NCBI RefSeq assembly: GCF_001194135.2
Contig: NC_068999.1
Coordinates: forward strand, 12,928,337 to 12,992,336
Length of the DNA stretch: 64,000 nucleotides
Direction: 5' to 3'
Source: Octopus bimaculoides
Taxonomy: Eukaryota
Below the pieces are notes generated by a model. That model did no database searches, was not told the DNA's origin, and saw nothing but the letters and a program-made list of their open reading frames with translations. The translations under genes and the position numbers were made by a program. Every line of letters begins with the position of its first letter. Position 1 is the stretch's first letter. Positions 1-13,875 of the stretch are shown in pieces.

Positions 1-2329
1 ATACAATAGTCTTCTATTAGTAACCTATCTCATTATACAATGATTCAAAGCCCACTTCTATGTCAGCATGGTATTTGATTACTCATGGAAGCAATCGATC
101 ACATTGAACTGTGTTGCCTCAGCGCATTAGAGTCGACTAATACTTATTCTTTGATTAATTACTATAGATTGGGTAATGTGCAAAATGCAAAAATCGGAAG
201 CTAATTTTTAAATATTGTGTAGTTGTGTTTTGCGAAATTTGGATTGTGTAAACACGACAAAAAATTTAGCCGCATGAACATATAGAATTCACCATTAACT
301 CTAAAAATATTTTTAAAAGAATAGAATTTTAAAAATAATGATAGTTCAGTCTGTATACTACATACAACTGCGCTCGAACTAAAGTGAAGAAGCATCAATC
401 AACTTATATACAAACATATCACTCCAGTTCTTGCATTCGTAATAGTAATGATGCCCTATTATAAAATTGCCTCCAGTATATGTTCACGTGAAAATGTAGA
501 ACTCCTAACTCAAATCATTTGCAGAGTCTGTGGTAGTTAGAATTTTCACCATACCGTTTCAATATGATAACAAGACAAGCTTATTGCTCATCTCCTTCAA
601 ACAAATCCATTCTAGTGTGAGCTAAAAAAAAATGTCATACACTGACGTACACTTTTCAAAGCATCTACCACATAGCTGCTATATTTTCATATACGACATG
701 TGTAGCGGAGATTAATCTGATCTGATATAGCTAAATTATTCATCAACGAATGGTTAAATCGCTATGATAGCAAATTTTAAATAGAAAAATTAAAACGAGA
801 TATATATGACCATAGCACAGGGAACACTGACTACTGTAAAAACATCGCATTAGGTTCGTATATTGAAAGAGAAAATGCAAAAATATCTAACATTTCAATA
901 TAAGGGAAGTAAAATCTCACTCGGTTAATAGAAATATAGGTTCCTCAGAAAAGCTGGAGATACTATGTTCCCCCATTTCACAGTTCAACTGAAGTTTCCA
1001 GTGTAATTAAGTCCTCAATCAAGTATTGAATACAGGAATATAGGTTGTATTTATGTAGCAAGTAAAAGTTTTATATGTCATTTATTAAGTGAAGATCTCG
1101 CTGTATCTTACGCCAATACATGTCTTTGTATATCTTTCACATTTTTTTTTTAATTGCACGAGTTTCTCTTCTAATTCTCACATCACATATTTTCTAATTT
1201 CACCTTTGTATATTTTCCAGGTATATTTTCCCATGAGTAATAATATTTCCTCTACCTTTACTCCCATCTGCCACTAATCTACTATTCTCAATCTCACTGT
1301 CTGACACTGCTTATCACTTATCATTCCTCATGTCTTGTGTATTTTTCTATTCATTTTACAATGTTTTCCAACGTACAAAACATAGATTACTCTAGTCTAG
1401 CTCGCGTTACCTTCTGATATTCTATTTAACTCGAGAAAACATTGTGACCTAAAAACTTTCAAAGGTGAATTGCATTTAGTTCCTGTAATATTCTACTTTG
1501 GCTTTTATTGCTCTTGTCATATTGAAACAATTATCATTTTATATACGCGTATTCATTCTCTATTATTCGACAGAAGGCTTATGTTTTAAAATCAAATTAC
1601 TAGGTGAGTAATATCGTTTAAAATGTTATAATTGTTAACACAAAAGCAAAAAGATAATTTGAATTTAAATAAGAGTTTATAATTTTATTTTTTTCATAAT
1701 TCAAAGGTATTTCTCATTAACCCATTTTCCATTAAATATTAATTATATTACAATTCACGTTATGCAGGCCAATATTCGAATAGTATGAACATTCATGACA
1801 GCAAATATAATTATCTTTAACGTTAAACCACGCTTATTATCGTATGACAATTTCTTTTGTTTTACTTACATACACCTATATATTTAACTGCGTTATATTT
1901 ATAGATTTAATTTAGAATATATTCCGGTTCCTTACCTTCTGTTTTTCTCTTACTTTCTGGAATTTCTAAAAGCACAAGCAACACCATGAACTCGACAGGT
2001 TTCCTTATTCGATTCTTCAATATAGAATTTTCATTGATTCACGTATATTAATTATACACGCAATAAATAATATAACTACTGACTGACCAAATGAGAAACA
2101 AATCCATACTTTACGACCACACATTCAACCTGTATTATTACGTCATAATATTACACTCTCGTTGTTACATGTGTTTTCCCCTCTTGTTTATATTTTTAGT
2201 CATCCAATTAGTCCTGAATTCTTGATTTCTGCTGCTACTAACCGACTTTCAGTCTCCTTCTTCAGCATCCACATATGTGGCCATAACTATGTCTCACTAA
2301 TACTATTTGCTGAAATCATCATTGGGAAT

Positions 2330-2770
2330 CGGTGACGACACCTGTTCACCGTTTACGTAGAATATATCGCTGTGCCGCAGCTTCGGATCATGTCTGTGTG
2401 TAGAGAGTGTTGGCAGCAGAAGGACCGCATCACTAATGAAACCTGACACCTCCACAGGATTTTAAAGAAGCAGCGTTCAAAATTGGCGTGGCACGATCGG
2501 GGACAAGTTATGACGGTCAAGCGATAGTAGAGGACGAACGCGATGTAGGCATTCGTCACCTCCACTTGACCTTTCAGTGATAGCTTACTCCCAGCATATT
2601 TCTGCGTGAAACTGGCTACCCTGCTCGTCACCTCATCCCAATTCATATCAACCTGGAGGTTTCATTCGTACCCGAAGTTACTTAACTGGTCACTCAGTCC
2701 AGGGCACCACGTACTGCCAAAATACTGCCTGAATTTACCTGGAATTATACTTAAGGGCATATAGCTTCAC
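2330..2770 (-). mobile_element. L1-clade (Tx1-like) non-LTR retrotransposon, decayed C-terminal RT fragment
   Basis: The minus strand reads WTE*PVK*LRV, then after a frameshift MNWDEVTSRVASFTQKYAGSKLSLKGQVEVTNAYIAFVLYYRLTVITCP...FERCFFKILW. This matches the L1/Tx1 pattern (gpikYLG..., NW..., LSl.Gr, ...Y...cP, ...F.FlW). Stops are present. Confidence 0.75.
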
Positions 2771-3040
2771 AGATGTACGAACTAATGTCCATACGCTACG
2801 GACGTAGTTCAGCTGTGAATGTCTTTATTTGTCTATGCTCTGTTTTACTTTTTATTCTTCTATCTACTATTTTATTCCTTATAAATGGTGAATTTCTGTC
2901 TAGAACGTTCATATACACTTTGCTATCCTTTTTCTTCTCATATATATATATATATATATATACATTTTCTATCTTCCATTCTCTATTTTCTATGTTTTCT
3001 ATTTTCTATTTTCTATTTTCTCTCCCTGTTTATTTGTGCG

Positions 3041-3161
3041 TTCCTTTCTGTTGAAGAGCGTAGGCTCGACACCTAAACTACTTTCTCGCTACCCGAGCGT
3101 TAAACTAATACACATGTTTGTTGTTTACAAACTCGTCTTCGTCATTCGTGTTTTTTTTTAT
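3041..3161 (+). repeat. Dispersed repeat, copy 1, with a hammerhead-like core (probably from a Penelope terminal repeat)
   Basis: TTCCTTTCTGTTGAAGAGCGTAGGCTCGA...TACTTTCTC...GTTAAACTAATAC is shared with 24078-24222. It is preceded by (TTTTCTA)n and (TA)n and followed by an N-gap. Confidence 0.7.
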
Positions 3162-6100
3162 NNNNNNNNNNNNNNNNNNNNNNNNNNNNNNNNNNNNNNN
3201 NNNNNNNNNNNNNNNNNNNNNNNNNNNNNNNNNNNNNNNNNNNNNNNNNNNNNNNNNNNNNNNNNNNNNNNNNNNNNNNNNNNNNNNNNNNNNNNNNNNN
3301 NNNNNNNNNNNNNNNNNNNNNNNNNNNNNNNNNNNNNNNNNNNNNNNNNNNNNNNNNNNNNNNNNNNNNNNNNNNNNNNNNNNNNNNNNNNNNNNNNNNN
3401 NNNNNNNNNNNNNNNNNNNNNNNNNNNNNNNNNNNNNNNNNNNNNNNNNNNNNNNNNNNNNNNNNNNNNNNNNNNNNNNNNNNNNNNNNNNNNNNNNNNN
3501 NNNNNNNNNNNNNNNNNNNNNNNNNNNNNNNNNNNNNNNNNNNNNNNNNNNNNNNNNNNNTATATATATCAATTGACGCATTTCAGTTAGGAGGTGTCGA
3601 TACGTAAGCCTATACATGTTAAGTATTTGAGATTAATTTGTTTTCAAATGAAATGCGATATAAATCTTTGTATATTGAAATAAATTCCACTATGAGACAA
3701 TAGCCAGTTCGTTTCATATAAGTTTCGAGTTAATACCTATGTACTATAAACCACATTTCTTCAACGCTGCACTTGAATTTTTTTTAATGTTCGTGAATTT
3801 TACATAACATAAATTAACCTGTCAAATGGATCAGATCTGAAGGAAACAGATGTCAGTAATGAAATACATCACTGCAATTGAGTAACATTTTTTATTCATT
3901 CAGTAAACAGTCAGAAGTTCTGAGACATCCAAATACACACAAATTAAATCAACTAAGCCCACATGTTATGCACATTTTCAAATACATGTATATAACACTG
4001 CAAACACACTTATACATTAACTAATGCACGCATCATTCCTCTCACGTTTGTATATGCACGCTCTCATCAATTTAAAATATTTTATTCATGTAATTATGGT
4101 TTTGGTTTCATTTATTCGTGTTACATAAAATCAAAGTAAAAATTAATGGAAGCAATGATTTGAACTGATTTTAAAATTAATAGCTAGATTTGATTTGACT
4201 GTCATTGCTATTTTTCCGTTGAGACGGATCAAACAGCAACCCAAATAAATTCAGAAATTTAATTTAAAAATACAAATGAAGGAAAATGGCATGGAAAATA
4301 GGGTAAAAATGCGCACAATTTTGCGAAATAAAAAAGAGCAATGGAAATGTGAACAGGTTAATTTTCAAAAGTAAAATAATAGTGATAAAATAATAATATG
4401 TGTTATGGAAACATGCTCAATGCCTCAAAATGTCCTCTATTTCTTTTTCGGAAACTGGTCTGAAAATAATATTCAATAATTTGACATAAAAAAAGTGTCA
4501 TTAGGTCCAAACTTGCGTACATTATTCGATGTTATGATTTTTTAATGATAATATTAGGTTGTTAGCTGAGCAGTGCATATCATATTGTGGTTGTTTGTAG
4601 ATTTGAATATGGACCGAGAATTACATTCCGAAAATAGAGATTTATTCAAGTAATTACTAGAGTATAAAACAGATTAAAGAGGCATGGAAGTGAACCTATG
4701 CATGCATTCATTCTATTAATATTTGTTATCCACTTATGGTCGTCGTAGTTCGTGTTATAGTCGCCCATACAGAAATGCACACGTGTAATTTTACATCCCA
4801 CGCGCCTACATGCACGGTCTTAATATAGAAGATATATCCTCTATATCTATTGAGCACTTATTTCTCATTTTTAATTCATTCCACACAAACGCATCACACG
4901 CACATATGCGCACATACATACACACACGTACACATAGACACGCATACACACGCACACACACACAGTTAAATTGATGGATTGCGAACAAATGTCCGACGCA
5001 ACACTATTACTGGAAAATATATTTTTTAAGAATAACTTAATTCAAGAACTTTTAATTTAAAGGTGGTATCTGTGAGAATATACCTAAATGCTTTGACTTG
5101 CAGTTCTCTATTGCATCATATTGCCATTTGTGTTTCTAGAAGTAATATAGCTGCTTTCCACTTTTACTTGTACAAACAAATTTTGCAACATCCCTCGATA
5201 TAATTAAACACTACAAATGGCCACCATCTCATCAAAATTTTAATGATTGAAAAATCATCATTATGATGACTGATATGACAAAACTATTTGTACGCAGATG
5301 AATGCTAAATTTATTTTTAGCTGTTGAAAAGGTGATCAATCCTATATAAAATACTTGCTCTCTTATACCAATATATTATTCTCCATCAAATTCTTCACAT
5401 TTCAAAATGAAAAAAAACAAAAAAAACAATTCGCCCCAATTTCATAAGTGATGTTGCTATTATAGTTCACCCCTGATCCTTTTATTTCGTTTTCAGTGTT
5501 ATTCACAATATTTATGATCTCTTTCTTGCCGTGTGCCAAAATTTGAAATCAATATTTTTGATCTCTTTACTTTGACTATAATTATGGCTATTATTTCGTA
5601 AATATTTTACAGTTCCCTATTTTATCAACATTCAGAAATTCATTGGCTTTACCAACTGTCAATTGCAACAATATTGGTTAAAATAATTTTGGTTCTCTTT
5701 TCACTTTTGCGTTCAAAATCAATTATTTAGCTATTTCGTATTTAAAGAGAAATTTAATTGTTTCCATATTTTGAACGATTTATTTTTCTTTCGTTCCTGA
5801 ATAACCAGAATTCATCGAAATTTCATTTCAATTTTTACTCAATATTCTACTAGAGACATTTTCTACTGCATTTTCTTAAGCGTTTACGTTATTCAGAGAG
5901 TTTACACGCATTCCCTAAATGTTTGTAACATTACAAAACTGTTTTGGCACATGAAAGTTCTAATTCAAATATATCATCGTTAAAAAAGCATTCTTAGTTT
6001 TGTTTATTCTTTAAGCTATGATAATCAGTTACGTATTTAATTAGCCGTCAGCTTTGATTGAATTGTTGCCATAAGTGATAAATAATCGCATCCGATATCT

Positions 6101-7735
6101 ACCTCGCTATATAATCTATCATTGAGCAATTGAAGTTTTACGCTGCCGATTTATCGAAATATGATTATTTAATGACATTTCATATGTGGGAATATGCAAG
6201 AAGGAATATGGTTTACTTTAAAAGTGTAGCTAGGTACATTATTTGTATGAAGCAAATATTGAGCAAAGATTGCCCATTAACTGGGAAAATCCTATATAGT
6301 AAATATTTACCAAAGCTCAAGGAATATAAGAGCGCATAAAATATAATGAATAACACAAAAAGCGACAAAAGCTAACGAGTGAAGTTAAGCATTTTTTGTT
6401 CAACATTATGATGAAAAACTATCAAAGAGCGGCAATGACTTACTGAACAGTAGACACGAAATGTATATAGCAAGTTTGAATGGTTGTCGACTTCAGTCAG
6501 GGAATGTAACGAAGAAACGAAAGGTATAAACCGGCAAATGGAAGGCTTTTGAATGGGTTAAAAATCATATGATTATACGATATATACAGGCATTTGCATG
6601 TGTAGTGAGAAATGTTTTTTACATACATATGAGACATATAGATATGGCATGAAATCGATTTATAATTGGTCTGTGTATTGACAAGTGGGCTTTCAGTTCA
6701 AATGCGAGGTTCTACTGTTACAATGTTTTATTAGAAAATAACTGGTCGGAACCATGATGAAAGTGCCATATGTAAATGAAATAAAAAAATGCATTGCCAA
6801 TGTTTAAATAATGAACGATAGTTGAACCGATGACAGATTAATATGTTTTGGAAGGATACACGTCAAAGAACGAGATTACTTAATGTTTAAAGAGAATATG
6901 TGGCTTAGTGGGTTGTGTTTGTGCGAACGGTTACTGAAATAATAGTATCAGTAACAATAAGGGAAATTTATTTACATAAGACAAGGTATTTTATCAAATG
7001 TTTTGAAGCATATGATGACATTGAAACAATCGCCACATGACGCCATTGCATTTCATAGAAATACACTAATTAAAGGAAAATACTGTTATTGCAGTTATAC
7101 CTAAAGAAATCTTATTTATTCCGAAGAATAATGTATTTACGACACTGTAAACCAATAAATATTTTTTTCCTAAGGAGGTATTTCGCAAATGAATAGCAAT
7201 TGAGTATTTTCTTTGACATCGATTTGATATGTATAGCTGCACATTTGTGCGTTACGAAAGTTGAGCTAAATAAATTTGGACTACAACATGTTAATGAATC
7301 AATTTATTAATATGAGCGAAATTGTTTATTTCACGTTGGTATCACGTCGACAAACGTTTGCTGCAATGTTATTGAAGCCAGAAAGAGAAAAAAAGGAGGA
7401 AAATATTCTGTACACATTCCTTGTCAACAAATTTAGTTTGTGTTAGCGTACATATTTGTGTGATTCTATATTCGTTGTTAATGATTTCGGATATATTGAA
7501 AACATGACAGCATGAAATATTATTGAAAACAAAACTTATATGAAATACAACCATCTCATATTTTGTAGTGCTCTATCTCTTTGATACGTTTTTGAAGTTT
7601 TAACCAACCTGTTACGTACGAAGATTTATCTGTCGAATATATATATATATACACGCACAGACAGACGCACAATCACACACACACATACACACACACACTC
7701 ACACACACACACATACACACACACACACATACACG

Positions 7736-7773
<38 letters not shown>

Positions 7774-7934
7774 NNNNNNNNNNNNNNNNNNNNNNNNNNN
7801 NNNNNNNNNNNNNNNNNNNNNNNNNNNNNNNNNNNNNNNNNNNNNNNNNNNNNNNNNNNNNNNNNNNNNNNNNNNNNNNNNNNNNNNNNNNNNNNNNNNN
7901 NNNNATATATATATGCATATATGCATGTATATAT

Positions 7935-8395
7935 GTGTGTAATAATTGAACCAAGATACTAGAAATGTGAATGAAATTCTGAAATAAATCAGATCAAAAA
8001 ACATCATAGAAAAAAATAATTTGATCAAGGCACCAAGTATTATTGTAGCAGAAAATGTCGCTGTTGATTTCAAGAAAAAGAAATATAATGCGAGTGACAC
8101 AAGAAGGATACATGTGGAAAAGAAAAATACAGGCGGCGTTAAATATGCTCTCGAAGGACAATCCCGTGTTAGACAGAAAAGAGAAAGTTTGTGCTTAATA
8201 GCGAATAAAAATACAGGGCATTGAACAGGAAGTATGATATTGAAAGAAAGGGTTTGAAAATGGCAATGGTGGAACTGAAACTGTGTCCCGTTGCAAAGAA
8301 AGCAAAGAGGGCAAGATTCGACCAAAGAATGAATGGAAAGCAGCAGGGTAGGTTATTCAGAGTAGATCAGAAATTATTCTACTAAGAAAATTAAT
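7935..8395 (+). mobile_element. R4/Dong-clade non-LTR retrotransposon fragment (region upstream of RT)
   Basis: Frameshifted translation: DTRNVNEILK*IRSKNIIEKNNLIKAPSIIVAENV / MWKRKIQAALNMLSKD / LNRKYDIERKGLKMAMVELK...AKRARFDQR...QQGRLFRVDQKLFY (8221-8382). This resembles the R4/Dong pre-RT motifs (TN.LI.A, WKRR, L..KY, QNRLF..DQK.FY). Confidence 0.7.
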
Positions 8396-8409
8396 AGAGA
8401 GTGTACATT

Positions 8410-9480
8410 AATTAATGGAGATACGTAGATGACTTTTTTTATCATTTGGAAGGATACCATTGATAAAGTTGTGGTATTCAAATCAACACTAAATAATATA
8501 ATCAGTACCATTCAATTCTCAATGGAATATAGCAAAGAACAACTTCCATTTTTGCATATTATGATAAAAAAGTCAACAAATTATACTGATATTTACCATG
8601 AACCAAGGGACTCGAAACAATATCAGCTTTTTAGCACTTTGCACCCGCAACACATCAACATCGATATCCCCTTTAATTTGACAAAAAGGATTTGCACAAT
8701 AGTGTCTAATAGAACAACTAGAGACCTTCGTCTTGAAGACCTCAGAACAACACTAACTGAAAGACAATATTCACCCTTACTTTTAGACGATGGAATTAAG
8801 CGTGTCAAGAAATTACATAGAAAAAAAAACACTAAAGAAAACAAAACATAAGACGACACCTCACCTCAATAAACTACTGTATATATCAACTCACAACCCT
8901 AGAAACAATGAGACATGTAACAGTATTGTGTAAAATCTCCCTTTACTAAATAGAGACCCAGCAATGAACAACATCCTGAAAGCACATGAATTCATCAAAT
9001 GCAAAATACAAAAGAAATCACTAAAGTAACTTCTAACTAATGCGACACTTTACAAAAGAACCACGAAATCAACGGTAAGAAAACGTGGACATCGAAACTG
9101 TGCAACATGCCCCAATCTTTCTGAAGGCTGGGATTTCCTTTTCAAACAAGGAGAGAGATTCACAATTAAAACAAAACCAACTTCACTTGTGCCTCTGAGA
9201 ACGTAATTACTGTAATAACTTGCTTGGGTTCTAGATATTGCTACCTTGGACAGACGAGTATGACGTTGAGATGGCGAACTACTCCTCTAAATAAAGAGCA
9301 GATCCGATTCCAGCAATACAGACTGATTCCACTCACTGAACACATAGAGATATGTGCAGGTAACATCAAACAAAATTTCACAGAAGTCCCCTTCTACTAG
9401 TGCAAAGATAACATTTTTCTACAAGAACGCTAAAATAAAGAAATGTTATTCATCAAGAAATACAGAACACATTGAAATGT
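8410..9480 (+). mobile_element. Penelope-like retroelement, 3' half (RT C-terminus + GIY-YIG endonuclease), decayed
   Basis: WRYVDDFF at 8416, then IQFSMEYSKEQLPFL, TDIYHEPRDSKQY...HPQH...IPFNLTKRICTIVS, YISTHNP (about 8880), CATCP, FKQGERFTIK, FTCASENVI..ITC...YLGQT...LR and KEMLFIKKY. Multiple stops and frameshifts. Confidence 0.9.
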
Positions 9481-9614
9481 ACATGACATAGCCAACTGTG
9501 ATCTTTAATACATATTTAAATTCACAATTACTTACCCATCACTGTATATTTTTCTCCACAATACTCTAGTTTTTGAGTTTTTGTCTATACACACACGCAC
9601 ACGAAACCACACCC

Positions 9615-9651
<37 letters not shown>

Positions 9652-12259
9652 NNNNNNNNNNNNNNNNNNNNNNNNNNNNNNNNNNNNNNNNNNNNNNNNN
9701 NNNNNNNNNNNNNNNNNNNNNNNNNNNNNNNNNNNNNNNNNNNNNNNNNNNNNNNNNNNNNNNNNNNNNNNNNNNNNNNNNNNNNNNNNNNNNNNNNNNN
9801 NNNNNNNNNNNNNNNNNNNNNNNNNNNNNNNNNNNNNNNNNNNNNNNNNNNNNNNNNNNNNNNNNNNNNNNNNNNNNNNNNNNNNNNNNNNNNNNNNNNN
9901 NNNNNNNNNNNNNNNNNNNNNNNNNNNNNNNNNNNNNNNNNNNNNNNNNNNNNNNNNNNNNNNNNNNNNNNNNNNNNNNNNNNNNNNNNNNNNNNNNNNN
10001 NNNNNNNNNNNNNNNNNNNNNNNNNNNNNNNNNNNNNNNNNNNNNNNNNNNNNNNNNNNNNNNNNNNNNNNNNNNNNNNNNNNNNNNNNNNNNNNNNNNN
10101 NNNNNNNNNNNNNNNNNNNNNNNNNNNNNNNNNNNNNNNNNNNNNNNNNNNNNNNNNNNNNNNNNNNNNNNNNNNNNNNNNNNNNNNNNNNNNNNNNNNN
10201 NNNNNNNNNNNNNNNNNNNNNNNNNNNNNNNNNNNNNNNNNNNNNNNNNNNNNNNNNNNNNNNNNNNNNNNNNNNNNNNNNNNNNNNNNNNNNNNNNNNN
10301 NNNNNNNNNNNNNNNNNNNNNNNNNNNNNNNNNNNNNNNNNNNNNNNNNNNNNNNNNNNNNNNNNNNNNNNNNNNNNNNNNNNNNNNNNNNNNNNNNNNN
10401 NNNNNNNNNNNNNNNNNNNNNNNNNNNNNNNNNNNNNNNNNNNNNNNNTATATATATATATATACAGTGGTCATAGGACAAACATCGAATTCGAGTCAAT
10501 GACGTGATATATAACAACATACAACAAACATTTAACCGTATATAAATATAACCATTATATAAAAAGATATACTTATGCATCAAACACAAAAGATAAAAAA
10601 GGTATATTTGAATGAAATACAAATACAACTGCCCATCAAAAAGTTATATAAACGACTAAAAATTCAAAAGTGTGCTATACTACAAAAAAAGGACATACAC
10701 TAAGATAAAATATCAAGCGACTAACGATGTTTTATCAAACGTTGAAAAATATTATTAAAAGGAACTCTTTTGTCTCACTCCACACTATGTGCGTCCAAAG
10801 TTCAATTTGTAAATCGATAGTAGGTTAGAGTTCATAGGAAATCAGACTTCCACAAGGTCAATTCAAAAACATCGAGAGCCATTTTGTGAGCTCATCACCG
10901 CGGTTCAATTACACTAAAGTGCATCACGGCACTGACCCACTCGACACGATGGACAAGAAACAGGAAACGCGCATAAAGCAAACTGAAAGTTCATACATTG
11001 CCGCATGGCTTATCTAAAAGTTAAAACCAGTGGACCAGCTCAACATTTCTAACACCCCACCCCGAACCCCAATAATGTTTTTGCTAAACATGCAGATGGT
11101 TGTTGTTAACAGAAATTCAAGCACGCCGGCTTCAAATCCCCGTAAACGTAAACAATTTTATCAGAATCATTTTTATTTCTATGCACTTTCAAAAAGGTAG
11201 ACGAAAACCTATGTTTGCAGGAAGAGATCGCCTCAGTAAATTTAGTGAAGGTTTTTGGTCCAAAAGACTTAAGGATGGCAAGGGATTCCCTTACACATAA
11301 CGTACACTTATTCATATTTACTCTGAAGTACGGGGCCCTTGAAATAACGGACCATTCCAGAGAATATTTTTTCTTAACGTGTATATATTAGAGGCAAGTG
11401 TAGTGGAATTAGACTAATTTTCGTTCGAAAACGAATTCATGTGGGTCCTATATTCAGTTTTAAAATTTATCCTACTACCTCTATAAAATGTATCCAAATT
11501 ACCCTCCTATTTAACAACGCANNNNNNNNNNTTGCATAATTTGCCAAAGCGATATCTAAACTTAATGCTACCAAAAACATTATTCGCCTGGCTTCCCACG
11601 TTATATACTGATATTTATCTGTATAAGGATATTTCTGTTATCATCACAAAACCCATTTGGCTCAAGACAGTGAAAGTAGCTCGAGTTTGAAGATTTTTTT
11701 GTATTTGCTAAAGATACTCAAATCATGATTATTGCTTTTACGTTTGTAATTGCCTTTACTATATTTTCTTCGTCATCTGAAAGCACCATACGTGGGTCTG
11801 CATTTAATTCGCCAAATATATCTAAAGAAAGCGTGACACTTTCGGAAATATTGAAAAATGGACATCTGAGCCTGTGAAAAATTGATAATTTTACAAGTTT
11901 GAAATCAACACCTCAGATCTCCCTGGAAACTTATGTCGAACAGCAAACATAACATCAAAAAGTCCGTTTTGGGTGAATATATAAACAGAAAACAAAACGA
12001 AATATGCGATATTGTTTATAAGTCATATATTTACAAAGTATTAAATTTCATGCATATAAAGTGATTCTTTGATATATGCAAACTACATAAACAGGAATTA
12101 TTATGCAATTGTCAGAAATCTAATCGGGTCAGATTTCATGTGTTACGTTAATGGATACAGAGGGCGATAGAGTTTGCATTCTGTAGTTAATTGGTTCCGT
12201 TAATGATACGTAAGTTCAAGGGGGTAATAAAAAAAAAAGACACAAAAGAACTCGTAAAC

Positions 12260-12314
<55 letters not shown>

Positions 12315-13841
12315 TATATGTATATATAAATCATACAAGTTACAGGATGGCAAGTATTAATGCAATACGCTCGTTTCAAGCCACTCCATTTAATTGAGCA
12401 ATGCAAACATTACATCAACTTAAAAAGTGTGCCAGCTTGAGTTTGAAAAAGTATGCATTTTCAAGATATGTTAATATGCTTTTATCAAAGCTAGAGAATG
12501 AAAGAATATCATGTTGTCACTATTGCACCAAGAATAAGCTAAGGGAAAAACAATATAGTTTTGGAGTTGCAGAAATGGATCACAGTGGGTGTGATGGGAT
12601 TGTAATTCATTTCTAAATTTGTTATTTTACCTTCTTATCACTATCAACAGTTCTAAGGCTAGTAGACAGCGTTTAATGATAATTAAGAGCATTATCAGTT
12701 AACACTTCAGAACTGGCAGCTGATTATAAATAAATATTATTAGATGTTCTCCCTAATCTTAATTGTTCATGGTGATAAGTACCACTTACCACATAGAGAA
12801 ATAAAACTTTACAAGGAGTCAATTAGATAGTAGTAGATGTCCATGAAATGAGCTAGAGTAGGGGTGACATAAACACTTTTCATTATTTTCAGATTAACGT
12901 GAACTAGGAAAATATTAGGGACACAGAGAGAAACATGTTTATAATCAGGGTATAGGAAAAACCGTGTTTTAATATATGTTGTATAAAAATAAAATTAAAA
13001 TGTACAAACAATTTTAGACATCAACTATTTATCATCTTTTCCGTTTGGAAAGATGATGATAACGTAAAGGACTGAAACTACTAAATGTGTTCACACGTTC
13101 TCTGTACCTTAAATTGATGATCACTTCGACTTGTTGCATAATATGTTGAACCTCTGTCCTCTAACTCACCACTTGCCGAGCATCGGTGTCGCTTTTGAAA
13201 TAATGTTAACTACAGTTATGAATTTTTCTACAACATCCAGATGGTATATTTACTTCTCCTGCCGTATGATACCAGTTTGTTTATTTGCTTTTAATATCCA
13301 ATCTGCGACACACCATTCAAGGATTATCTTTCCAGCTGCATATAACTTTTCAATAGTCGTCCATGTGTGTACGCAACATAAACTTCATTTTTATCCAGAC
13401 ACTTACGGACCTCATGTTTATTTCTGCCACCCATTCATTTTCTTTCAAGCTGTTGTTTGACCCCTGTACGACCTTGCTACCAAAACCTATTTGGTTTAGA
13501 TACGTATAATTGTCTCCCTATGGACACATCCGTGGTGTATCTCTCTGCTGGAGTGTTTACTTGAAACGGGGTTTAATCAACAGGGCAGGTAGACATATAG
13601 AGTTTCACCTGGTGTAGTTGTGCACATTCTGCTGCACTTCGGTCAGGACACTCTCCACCATTACTTTCAAAGACAGAAAATCATTTATATTATTTTCTTT
13701 CCTTTCCTCCCCCTCCCTCGGCTTTCTATCTCTTTCCAAGGAACATTTTTCATTTGACCTCTTCACACGTTTTCCTATACAATTGCCTCATGTTAAAGAG
13801 CTGCACATGACAAAATGTTACTTAACCACAAACGATGTGGC

Positions 13842-13875
<34 letters not shown>

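Noticed and set aside
12790-12852. 63-nt minus-strand segment with good acceptor and GTAAGT donor
   Set aside because: Stop codons in all three frames. Could only be non-coding, and there is no other support.
13130-13850. RTE-like peptide hints on the minus strand (VESVL, HMDD, LDVVEKF)
   Set aside because: The motifs are in the wrong order and spacing for an RT. Too weak to call.
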